A DNA stretch of 35,685 nucleotides from the NCBI GenBank assembly GCA_021734685.1, contig JAIPIL010000003.1, positions 1 through 35,685 of the forward strand, written 5' to 3'. The notes under the pieces were generated by a model. It did no database searches. It was not told the DNA's origin and saw only the letters and a list, made by a program, of their open reading frames with translations. The first letter of the stretch is position 1, and each line of letters begins with the position of its first letter. Shown in pieces: positions 1-8,209 of this stretch. This DNA comes from Minisyncoccota bacterium. Its GTDB lineage: Bacteria > Patescibacteriota > Minisyncoccia > Minisyncoccales > PWPS01. The position numbers and the translations under genes were made by a program.

Positions 1-89
1 AAATTATGCGATACATTGTTTGTATTATTTTTTATTGCCACTATACTATCATTAAAAATTATAGCTACTTTTGATGTTAGATTATTCAT
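1..89 (-). CDS. 5' part of a hypothetical protein running off the window edge (MNNLTSKVAIIFNDSIVAIKNNTNNVSHN...)
   Basis: ATG at 89-87 on the minus strand, 29 bp downstream of the nucleotidyltransferase stop, open to the window edge. Too short to assign a function. Confidence 0.45.
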   Translation of the reverse strand, partial: MNNLTSKVAIIFNDSIVAIKNNTNNVSHN

Positions 90-118
90 AAGAAATACAT
101 TTCTTATCTACTCATTGA

Positions 119-1222
119 TTATTTATAATTTTTTATAATATCGTATGAAAATAGTCTATCTATCAAACCACTTTTATCTTTCATTTTAATTTCAGAATTG
201 TACTGATCAAAAATTACTGTCATAACATCATTATTTATATAATTATATTTCTGATAAAGTATATCAACGTTCTTTATTGTTAATATGTCTGGAAAAACTT
301 TAATAACATAATTTAGAGCAAAAAATACATGTCTATCAAAACCATATCTAACAGAATCATTAAATATTTTTTCAGGGTTGATTTCTTTAAAATATGCTTG
401 GATAAATACATATATATCAACAAATTTATATAAATCCAGGACCTTTCTTTTTTTAATAAGATCTATCAATGCTGAGTCTTTGTAAAAGTGGCTACATAAG
501 TGAATAAATAAATGTTCTTTTTTGAGCGAATAGATCGAGAAATTATTATCAACAGGAATAAGAACTCTCTCATCCAAAAAATAATCCACTGCTTCGTCGG
601 GGCTATCTGGTTTCCAGTTTAATGAAAAATTAACATCAATATCAATGGTTTTAATATTTTTTTCATTTACAATTTTGACAAAAGGTGCCATCTCTCCTCT
701 AGTATTTATAGACTGTGCAATTGTATCCTGATTAAACTCATCAATAACACCATTCTTGTAATTATATTTGCCTTGCAAAAAACCTAGCTCATGCAAAGCT
801 TTTTTTACACTTTGGATTGACTTTTTTGACACTAAAATATCAATATCATTAAAAGCCCTAGTGCCTGTCGGATAAATAATGTGCGATAAAATTGATCCCT
901 TTAAGAAAACGTGTTCTATATTTGCTTTACGCAACACTGAAAAGATGCTTTTAATGTACTTTTTTTGCAGTTCTGTCCTTATGCTTTGTGACTGGTGAAT
1001 CATATATATTGTAAAAAATACAGGAAAATCAAGCTTTCGTAAATTGATTGCGTTTATATTTTCATATGCAAGACCGGCAACTCGGTGATAACACAAATAT
1101 CCCAAGATTTCAATCCAATTTAAATCCTTATTCTCAAGTACTGCAAGTAACTTATCTTTTTCCCTTTTTTTATTGCCAAACTTTATTATTTCTAATACAG
1201 CATCATATTCTTTTTTTATCAT
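119..1222 (-). CDS. Nucleotidyltransferase family protein (NTP_transf_5-like)
   Basis: Motif FLKGxxL...YP..TRAFNDIDILV, helical N-terminus with HRVAGL, and C-terminal EHLFIHLCSH...Y.F.DI, all typical of the family. Confidence 0.8.
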   Translation of the reverse strand: MIKKEYDAVLEIIKFGNKKREKDKLLAVLENKDLNWIEILGYLCYHRVAGLAYENINAINLRKLDFPVFFTIYMIHQSQSIRTELQKKYIKSIFSVLRKANIEHVFLKGSILSHIIYPTGTRAFNDIDILVSKKSIQSVKKALHELGFLQGKYNYKNGVIDEFNQDTIAQSINTRGEMAPFVKIVNEKNIKTIDIDVNFSLNWKPDSPDEAVDYFLDERVLIPVDNNFSIYSLKKEHLFIHLCSHFYKDSALIDLIKKRKVLDLYKFVDIYVFIQAYFKEINPEKIFNDSVRYGFDRHVFFALNYVIKVFPDILTIKNVDILYQKYNYINNDVMTVIFDQYNSEIKMKDKSGLIDRLFSYDIIKNYK

Positions 1223-1262
1223 AAATTATTCCATAAGTTAAATAATCAAAACAAAGATTTCG

Positions 1263-2153
1263 TTATGATAACTCAAAGTAATTATCAACAGTGCACCCTA
1301 ATTCTTTTTGTACTGGAAATTCTTTGTTTAGTCTCTTCCAGTCTCTATTAGAGAGTTTAAATTTATTGACATCTAAAATTTCATCGATATGTTTCTTATT
1401 AGAACTTTTAAAGACAATGGAAACCCCGTCTTGTTGTAAAAGCCATTTAGCTGCAATTTGTGTGTTTGTTTTATTATATTTTGTAGCCATTTCATCCAAT
1501 ATTTTATATGTTCCTGTGCGATAATAAGAATCTACAACTCCAGGATATGAAAGTAGGATAGGTCTCCATGCAATAAAATGAATTCCATTCCTTTTGCAAT
1601 AATAGATAATACCTTTTCTTTGAGACTCACGACAAACAAGGTTATATTGATTTTGAATTGCATATAAAGGACTGTTTAGTAACTGAGAATACTTTTTTAT
1701 TATATCAATTCCTACATTACTCAATCCTACATTTTTAATAAGACCCATGTCAAGAAGTTTATTTAAGGCGCCCACTGTTTCCTCAATAGGAACAATGAGA
1801 CTTTGCTTATGAATATAATATAAATCAATATACGGGGTATCTAATCTTTTTATAGATTCCTTACAAGAATTAATCACATTGTCATAAAAGAGATTATATT
1901 CACGAACCTTAGTAGCTATAAAGCATTTATCTCTAGAGATATGTTTTATTGCTTCTCCAATCAGTAATTCAGATTTTCCACCTGCATAGCTTTCCGAAGT
2001 ATCTATGTGCGAAATACCTTTATTAATTGCATATCTAATAGCATCAATATCTTTTTGATCATTATTGTTTGGATTCGGAGTTATTTCTCCTCCCATACGC
2101 CATGTTCCTAAACAAACTTTTAAATAAGAATATCCATTATTAATCGAATTCAT
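1263..2153 (-). CDS. Aldo/keto reductase
   Basis: LGTW, HIDTSESY (Asp/Tyr), IATK (Lys), IDLYYIH (His), GLSN, QNQYNL. The catalytic tetrad is intact. Confidence 0.92.
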   Translation of the reverse strand: MNSINNGYSYLKVCLGTWRMGGEITPNPNNNDQKDIDAIRYAINKGISHIDTSESYAGGKSELLIGEAIKHISRDKCFIATKVREYNLFYDNVINSCKESIKRLDTPYIDLYYIHKQSLIVPIEETVGALNKLLDMGLIKNVGLSNVGIDIIKKYSQLLNSPLYAIQNQYNLVCRESQRKGIIYYCKRNGIHFIAWRPILLSYPGVVDSYYRTGTYKILDEMATKYNKTNTQIAAKWLLQQDGVSIVFKSSNKKHIDEILDVNKFKLSNRDWKRLNKEFPVQKELGCTVDNYFELS

Positions 2154-2259
2154 AAATTTAATAATCTCTATAAATAATTTATCTTACATTATGCCACAAT
2201 TACATAATAATACTTGTGGTGCAATACTGCAAAAATAAACTTTTCATTTCTTTTATATA

Positions 2260-3612
2260 TTAAATATTTATTAAGTTATTAAATCTCTCGATATCTCCCT
2301 CGGAATAGACAACTAATTCTTCAAGAACCTTAATGCCAGCACCATCATTAATAGTTTCTAACGCTAACTTTGATCCTCTTTTTAGGTCATTAATTACTTC
2401 TAATCCAAAGAGATTCAAGGCAACCTCCATCGCCACTGCTTGTTTGAGCTCTTTATTCCCACGACCAATTAAAATTTTAATAAATTCATTAAAATTTTCC
2501 CTTTGGTTCTGAGCAGTCTCTATGTGTTTAAATGGTCTGAAGTCAAACCCAAAATCTTTCGGAGCGATTTCTTTGACAGTTATTCTGTTCTTAATAATTT
2601 GAGTAATTTCGGTGTTGGCTGCTATGGAAATTTGATCAATAATCGGCGTACCATATAAATCTTTTCCCTGCAACACAAGAATATTTTTGTTAGGATACAA
2701 TTTACTCAAAATACCCAAACATAATCTTGTTGATCCTCTTGTCAGGCCATAATTAATTAAATCAACATTAACCGGATTTACTATAGCTGCTCCACCGACT
2801 AGCCCAGCAAATACTTGAACATCGTGCAAACAACCATCGTATACATAATTTAATCGGGGAACGATAGTATTGATATCGAATATTCCAAGTTTTGTTATAA
2901 GTGAAACCTCGGCCATCTTATCAATTGGTAAATTTAGGTTTACTCCAACAAGTTCGAATATATCACCCGACCCAGTTATACTAGAAGTCGCCCTAGATAC
3001 AGTTTTTTCTACTACAATATTTTCTCCAATCTTTTTACCAACTGCCGCTGTAATAATAGCAGCCATCGAACTAATATTTAATAATTTGATTTCTTTTTTA
3101 CCACTACCAGCTAAACTAATTAATTTTGCCTTGTTTTTATCAAGATTTATTTTCTGTTGGATGCTAAAATTATCTAAGCTAAGGGCTGATGTAATTATTG
3201 CTATTCCATATTCAACTGCTCTGTCAAAATTTTCAGGACTATTCATAAATGACCATAATGAACCATAAAAGCACCCCATTAAAATATCTCGATATTTTTT
3301 ATCGTTATCAGAAATTTTAAGTATATTTAAAAACACGCCCCCTACTTTTTCAGGAGGAGGCGACACATTTCCTTGTAAAAAAGAAAGGCATTTCAGGAAA
3401 TTTTCATCTGTTTTTAATTTTTCAAGACTACTATCTGAAAATCTATTGAATTTTGAAAAGTAGTAAAGAGCTAAAATCCCTTGATATACATTCAAATCAT
3501 GGTCAGAACTATTAACCAAATTTAATACATTAAGAATTTCTGATTCTCTAAAATCATTGCCATCTATTATGTGTTCTGTAAATTTTATGATTTTATTTAT
3601 CTGCTTTTCCAT
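2260..3612 (-). CDS. Divergent anthranilate-phosphoribosyltransferase-like protein (glycosyltransferase family 3 fold) with extended N-terminus
   Basis: AGSGKK...LNISSMAAII, KTVSRATSSITGSGDIFELVGV, IDQIS and I.P.DFG align with TrpD GTGGD/NIST/KHGNR.SS..GSAD/DE motifs, but with key substitutions. Confidence 0.75.
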   Translation of the reverse strand: MEKQINKIIKFTEHIIDGNDFRESEILNVLNLVNSSDHDLNVYQGILALYYFSKFNRFSDSSLEKLKTDENFLKCLSFLQGNVSPPPEKVGGVFLNILKISDNDKKYRDILMGCFYGSLWSFMNSPENFDRAVEYGIAIITSALSLDNFSIQQKINLDKNKAKLISLAGSGKKEIKLLNISSMAAIITAAVGKKIGENIVVEKTVSRATSSITGSGDIFELVGVNLNLPIDKMAEVSLITKLGIFDINTIVPRLNYVYDGCLHDVQVFAGLVGGAAIVNPVNVDLINYGLTRGSTRLCLGILSKLYPNKNILVLQGKDLYGTPIIDQISIAANTEITQIIKNRITVKEIAPKDFGFDFRPFKHIETAQNQRENFNEFIKILIGRGNKELKQAVAMEVALNLFGLEVINDLKRGSKLALETINDGAGIKVLEELVVYSEGDIERFNNLINI

Positions 3613-3697
3613 AATCGCCTACCTCAAAGCCTTAAATAATTTCTATAACATTGAGCAGTCAAACTCTCTCTAGTGCTTTAATAATTAAGGGATATTT

Positions 3698-3828
3698 TTA
3701 ATTCTTAGATGTTTCTTCTATTACTTTTCTTACCCCTTCTGCCCTTTTAAAGAACCACAAAAATGACCAATGTGCAACTTCCCCGTTGGTCTATCCCCAG
3801 TAAGAATTCTTTTTTTATTACTGCTCAT
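3698..3828 (-). pseudogene. trpS: Tryptophanyl-tRNA synthetase remnant (N-terminus joined to a C-terminus-like segment)
   Basis: Hand translation from ATG 3828: [32 protein letters not shown] (stop 3732-3730), which is the TrpRS TGDRPTG.LHIGH motif. The -1 frame from 3748 reads [16 protein letters not shown], resembling the TrpRS C-terminal GAEKAR..AEET helix. Confidence 0.85.
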
Positions 3829-3871
3829 ATAGTTTAGATTATAATTTATATCAACCAAAAAAACAACAAAC

Positions 3872-3904
3872 CCCCCATGTCCAACCCCGGGTTGGACATG
3901 GGGG
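3872..3904. repeat. Perfect 16-bp GC-rich inverted repeat
   Basis: CCCCCATGTCCAACCC-C-GGGTTGGACATGGGGG, lying between the divergent trpS remnant and the glyS promoter. Confidence 0.9.
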
Positions 3905-3932
3905 TTGCAAAATTATTTTTTTTAATTATAAT
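3905..3932 (+). promoter_or_regulatory. Putative sigma70 promoter of the glyS leader
   Basis: TTGCAA (3905-3910), 16 nt spacer, TATAAT (3927-3932), just upstream of the structured leader. Confidence 0.6.
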
Positions 3933-3942
3933 TATTTTTATC

Positions 3943-4121
3943 GGGTTTAACTGAGGGAGATTGGCGCCCCTCTTGATATCAGGAGACTCCTGTAGATCAA
4001 AGTTAAACAAATTAAGGTGGCTTAAAAGAGGTTTAACTCTCTTTAAGCAAACTAGATGGAACCGCGGGTAGAAAACTCGTTCTAGTGATTAAAAGGTTTA
4101 ATCATTGGAGCGAGTTTTTTT
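3943..4121 (+). promoter_or_regulatory. Glycine T-box riboswitch (transcription attenuator)
   Basis: Antiterminator: ACTAGA(4051-56), bulge TGGAACC(4057-63), GCGGGT/ACTCGT, TCTAGT(4081-86). Bulge UGGA pairs with the tRNA-Gly UCCA end. A mutually exclusive terminator spans 4072-4121. Candidate specifier GGC at 3963-3965. Lies directly upstream of glyS. Confidence 0.88.
4072..4121 (+). terminator. T-box intrinsic terminator
   Basis: AAAACTCGTTCTAGTGATTAAA-AGG-TTTAATCATTGGAGCGAGTTTT stem (several G-U pairs) followed by a T tract. Confidence 0.85.
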
Positions 4122-4142
4122 ATTAATTAATAATTTAAAGAT

Positions 4143-5537
4143 ATGGAGAAAAAAACTTTAGAAGAAGTAGTATCATTTTGTAAAAGAAGAGGTTTCATTT
4201 TTCAATCATCCGACATATATGGAGGATTTGCTGCTATCTATGACTATGGTCATTACGGAACCCTTTTGAAAAATAACATCCGTGATGCTTGGTGGAAAAG
4301 CATGGTTCAAGAAAGAGATGATGTTTATGCTCTTGATAGTGCTATTTTTATGCACCCTAAAACATGGGAGGCATCTGGACACTTGGCTGGATTTGATGAT
4401 CCCCAAGTTGACTGTAAAAAATGTAAACAAAGAATGAGAGCTGACCATATTCTTGAAGAATTTGGAATAGAGGCCGATAAAGCTCCGATGGAGTTCATAA
4501 ACGAAAAGATAGATGAACTAAAAAAAGAAGGAAAAGTTAAGTGTGTGAACTGTGGATCAACTGATCTAACTGAAGCAAAAAGATTTTCTTTAATGGTAAA
4601 GTCAAACATCGGTTCCCCAGTAGATGTCCTTTCCGAAGAGAATGTTGTTTATCTTCGCCCAGAAACTTGTGGAGGAATATACTTAGAGTATAAAAATATG
4701 ATGAACTCTGTTCACCCAAAACTTCCTTTCGGGATTGCTCAAATTGGAAAAGCTTTCCGCAACGAGATCGTTGCAAGACAGTTTATCTTTAGAACCAGAG
4801 AGTTTGAACAGATGGAGATGCAGTACTTCCTTCACCCTGACCAGATGAAAGAAAAATACGACTTCTGGCACGAGCTTCGTTGGAGTTGGTATCTAGAGTA
4901 TGGAATTCCAGAAGAAAAAATGAACTGGCACAAACACGATGTGATGGCTCATTACGCAACAGAAGCCTATGACATAGAGTTCAACTTTGATTCTCTTGGT
5001 GGGTTTAAAGAGGTAGAAGGAATTCATGCTAGAGGAGATTGGGATCTCTCACAACACTCTAAACACTCTGGAGTTGATCTAAGCTACACTGATGATCAAA
5101 CAAAAGAGAAGTTTATTCCACACATTATGGAAACCTCTGTTGGATTAAACCGTCTTGTTTTAATGTTTATTGATAACGGATATACAAAAGAAAATGTTGA
5201 TGGAGAGGAAAGATTGGTGTTGAAAATAGACAAAAGATTATCTCCAATAAAGGTTGCCATCTTCCCACTTATGAAGAATAAGCCAGAGATAATGGAGCAA
5301 GCAAAAAAAATCCACGAATCTCTTAAGAGAAAGTGGATGTGTGAATTTGATACCAGCGGAAGTATCGGAAAAAGATACCGAAGACAAGATGAGATCGGAA
5401 CTCCTTACTGTGTTACTGTTGACTTTGACTCCTTGTCAGATAAGTCAGTAACTGTAAGAGATAGAGACACGATGAAACAAGAGAGAGTTAAGATAGAAGA
5501 TCTTGAAAGTTATCTTTCTGAGAAACTGTCCCTATAA
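4143..5537 (+). CDS. glyS: Glycine--tRNA ligase, alpha2 (homodimeric) type
   Basis: CKRRGF, YDYG..G, LRPET, QIGKAFRNE, FRTREFEQME, GSIGKRYRRQDEIGTP; insertion with two CxxC pairs. Confidence 0.97.
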   Translation: MEKKTLEEVVSFCKRRGFIFQSSDIYGGFAAIYDYGHYGTLLKNNIRDAWWKSMVQERDDVYALDSAIFMHPKTWEASGHLAGFDDPQVDCKKCKQRMRADHILEEFGIEADKAPMEFINEKIDELKKEGKVKCVNCGSTDLTEAKRFSLMVKSNIGSPVDVLSEENVVYLRPETCGGIYLEYKNMMNSVHPKLPFGIAQIGKAFRNEIVARQFIFRTREFEQMEMQYFLHPDQMKEKYDFWHELRWSWYLEYGIPEEKMNWHKHDVMAHYATEAYDIEFNFDSLGGFKEVEGIHARGDWDLSQHSKHSGVDLSYTDDQTKEKFIPHIMETSVGLNRLVLMFIDNGYTKENVDGEERLVLKIDKRLSPIKVAIFPLMKNKPEIMEQAKKIHESLKRKWMCEFDTSGSIGKRYRRQDEIGTPYCVTVDFDSLSDKSVTVRDRDTMKQERVKIEDLESYLSEKLSL

Positions 5538-7688
5538 TACTGGCCACTCTTCTATCATCAGTGTTTCCTTTTTGTCTGAAAAAGGAAATCGTTGATATAT
5601 CTCCTCGGTAACATAAGGCATAAAAGGATGCATCACCTTTAAGGACTCAAGCAGGATTCTTCTAAGAAGATCCTGTCTTGTTTTCTTTCTGCTCTCATCA
5701 TCAAGCACGCTTTTTGAATCCTCCAACACTTTATCAGCAAAAGTATGCCAAATATAATGATAAATAGTTTCCGCAGAAAGAGAAAACTTAAACTCTTCTA
5801 AGTTTTTTGTTGTTTCTTTGGCTGCCTCTACAAATTCACTATATATCGCCTTGTCCTCATCACTCCAATCTTTCTCAGTAACGCTGTTATCATAATCTTC
5901 AGTTCTCATCATTATGAATCGTGATATATTCCAAATCTTGTTTGCAAAGTTGCGATATCCGCGAATCTTATCCTCAGAAAGTTTAATATCGTTCCCCGGA
6001 GCAGAACCGATTACAAGAGAGAGACGAGTTGCATCTGCGCCATACTCATCAACCATATCAAGTGGATCTATTGTGTTTCCCAAAGACTTGCTCATCTTTT
6101 TTCCTTTTCCATCACGAACCATTCCGTGGAGATAAACATTTTTGAAAGGAATCTCGCCAAGGTTATAGGTTGTCATCAAGATCATTCGAGCCACCCAGAA
6201 GAACAAGATATCATATCCCGTCTCTAAAACATCAGTTGGGTGATACTTCTTTAAATCTTCTGTTTCTTTTGGCCAACCCAAAGTGGAAAAAGTCCAAAGT
6301 CCTGAAGAAAACCAAGTATCTAAAGTGTCCGGATCCTGTTCCCATCCTTCTTCTTGTGGTGGATTGATATCACAGTAAGTTTCACCCTCTTTATACCAAA
6401 CTGGAATCTGATGACCATACCATATCTGCCTACTAATACACCAGTTGTGAAGATTATCTATCCACTGGTAATATATCTTATTAAATCTATCCGGAAATAT
6501 TTTCACCTCCCCTGTTTCAACTACTTTCTGCATAAGTTCCTTTAATGAAACCTCATCTCCTGTTTTAAATCCCTTTATCTTTGAAAAAGAAAGGTTAAAT
6601 TTTTTATTAACATCAACAAACCACTGTTTTTTTATCTGTGGTTCTATTACTCCTCCTCCCCTACTATTTAGAGCAACTCGGTGAGTGTAATTTTCTTCAA
6701 CTTTAACAACCAATCCTTTTTCGCGAAGTTTTTCAACAACAAGCGCTCTTGCCTTTTTAATCTTTAATCCTTCAAATTCTTTTGCGATTGGAAGCATCTT
6801 TCCATCAAATCCAATAATTTGTTCTTTTTCTAAATTGTGTCTTTCTGCAATCTCAAAATCAGTGTTATCATGCCAAGGAGTGATTGTCATTACTCCTGTT
6901 CCAAACTCAGGATCAATAACATCATCCTTGATTACTGTTGCAATTACTTCTCCATTAATCCACTCCACAGTTATTTTTTGACCGTGTTCATATTTTTTAT
7001 AGCGCCTGTCATCGGGATGCATTACAACATATTTATCCCCAAGCTTTGTTTCTGGGCGAGAAGTTGCTATTACAAAAGGACCAAACTGAAGATAATAAAA
7101 AGATGTTTTTTCTTCTTTATACTCTATCTCATCGTCTGAAACAGTGGTCTGCATAAAAGGATCCCAGTTAACAATTCGTGCTCCTTGATAAATAAGTCCA
7201 TCGTCATACATTCTTTTAAAAGCAGTTCTAACTGCTAAGCTTCTCTCTTCATCAAGAGTAAACGCCTCTCTACTCCAATCCAAAGAAGCTCCCATTTTTT
7301 TAACTTGATTTATTATTGTATCGTGATTATCTTTTGCAAACTGATGAACTCTCTCTAAAAAAAGATCACGACCAAGATCGTGCCTCGTCTTTCCTTCTTT
7401 TTCGTATATTATTTTTTCAGTCTTGTTTGCAGTTGCAATCGCTGCATGATCAGTTCCAGGAAGCCAAAGCGTTTTCTTTCCTCTCATTCGGTTAAAACGA
7501 ACTAAAGCATCTTGATACGCAAGCATTGCCGCATGCCCCATGTGTAGTTTTCCTGTAACATTTGGTGGAGGCAGTACAACTGTATATGACTCCCCTTCCG
7601 GAAGATTGTCTGGATTAAAGTATCCGCTATCTTCCCAAAGTTTATAATTTTTTTCTTCGCAAAGTTCGTGATTATATTTTTTTTCCAT
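5532..7688 (-). CDS. valS: Valine--tRNA ligase (no C-terminal coiled-coil arm)
   Basis: PPPNVTGKLHMGH, GTDHAAIAT, WCISRQIWYGH, DTWFSS, KMSKS. Start moved to ATG 7688 (MEKKYNH), which avoids overlap with idi. Confidence 0.96.
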   Translation of the reverse strand: MEKKYNHELCEEKNYKLWEDSGYFNPDNLPEGESYTVVLPPPNVTGKLHMGHAAMLAYQDALVRFNRMRGKKTLWLPGTDHAAIATANKTEKIIYEKEGKTRHDLGRDLFLERVHQFAKDNHDTIINQVKKMGASLDWSREAFTLDEERSLAVRTAFKRMYDDGLIYQGARIVNWDPFMQTTVSDDEIEYKEEKTSFYYLQFGPFVIATSRPETKLGDKYVVMHPDDRRYKKYEHGQKITVEWINGEVIATVIKDDVIDPEFGTGVMTITPWHDNTDFEIAERHNLEKEQIIGFDGKMLPIAKEFEGLKIKKARALVVEKLREKGLVVKVEENYTHRVALNSRGGGVIEPQIKKQWFVDVNKKFNLSFSKIKGFKTGDEVSLKELMQKVVETGEVKIFPDRFNKIYYQWIDNLHNWCISRQIWYGHQIPVWYKEGETYCDINPPQEEGWEQDPDTLDTWFSSGLWTFSTLGWPKETEDLKKYHPTDVLETGYDILFFWVARMILMTTYNLGEIPFKNVYLHGMVRDGKGKKMSKSLGNTIDPLDMVDEYGADATRLSLVIGSAPGNDIKLSEDKIRGYRNFANKIWNISRFIMMRTEDYDNSVTEKDWSDEDKAIYSEFVEAAKETTKNLEEFKFSLSAETIYHYIWHTFADKVLEDSKSVLDDESRKKTRQDLLRRILLESLKVMHPFMPYVTEEIYQRFPFSDKKETLMIEEWPVL

Positions 7689-7693
7689 AACAA

Positions 7694-8194
7694 CTAAAAG
7701 AATTTTCTGATTTCTTGAATAAACCAAGGAGTAAACTTCTCAGGAGTTCGCTCAACTTCTTTTTTTAAATCATCAAGAGATATCCACTTCATCTCTTCAA
7801 CTTCTTCTGGGGAAGGATTAACTTCTCCGCTATAAACTCCTTTTAAGACATAGCAAAACTCATTTTCTGATCCGATATCCTTGAATTTCGCACTATAAAC
7901 AAAAGAACCAACCTCTTCTAATTCACAAGAAAAACCAAGTTCTTCAAAAAGGCGTCTCTTTCCAGCTTCTAAAAGATCTTCATTAGGAGCAGGGTGACTA
8001 CAGCAGGTATTGCTCCAGTACTCTCCCCAAAGCATTTTTTCTTTTGCTCTTTTTTGGATCAACAACTCATCTTTGTCATTAAAAATAAAAACACTGAAAG
8101 CTCGGTGAAGCTTTCCTTCTCCAAGATGAGCTTTTATTTTTTCTTCTCTCCCAACTTCTTGATCTTCTTCATTAACAAGAACTACATAATTCAT
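7694..8194 (-). CDS. idi: Isopentenyl-diphosphate delta-isomerase type 1
   Basis: K..AH...LHRAFSVFIFN, WSNTCCSHP, RRLFEELG, ENE, FTPWF. Confidence 0.95.
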   Translation of the reverse strand: MNYVVLVNEEDQEVGREEKIKAHLGEGKLHRAFSVFIFNDKDELLIQKRAKEKMLWGEYWSNTCCSHPAPNEDLLEAGKRRLFEELGFSCELEEVGSFVYSAKFKDIGSENEFCYVLKGVYSGEVNPSPEEVEEMKWISLDDLKKEVERTPEKFTPWFIQEIRKFF

Positions 8195-8209
8195 AACAAC
8201 TATTTTAAA

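Noticed and set aside
2260-3612. Calling the gene trpD
   Set aside because: Signature motifs are substituted and no other trp biosynthesis gene is adjacent, so only the fold is supported.
3730-3828. Trp attenuator leader peptide upstream of the TrpD-like gene
   Set aside because: The peptide has no Trp codons and matches the TrpRS HIGH region.
3953-4000. tRNA gene in the glyS upstream region
   Set aside because: No cloverleaf or TTCGA T-loop; the stems are better explained by the T-box leader.
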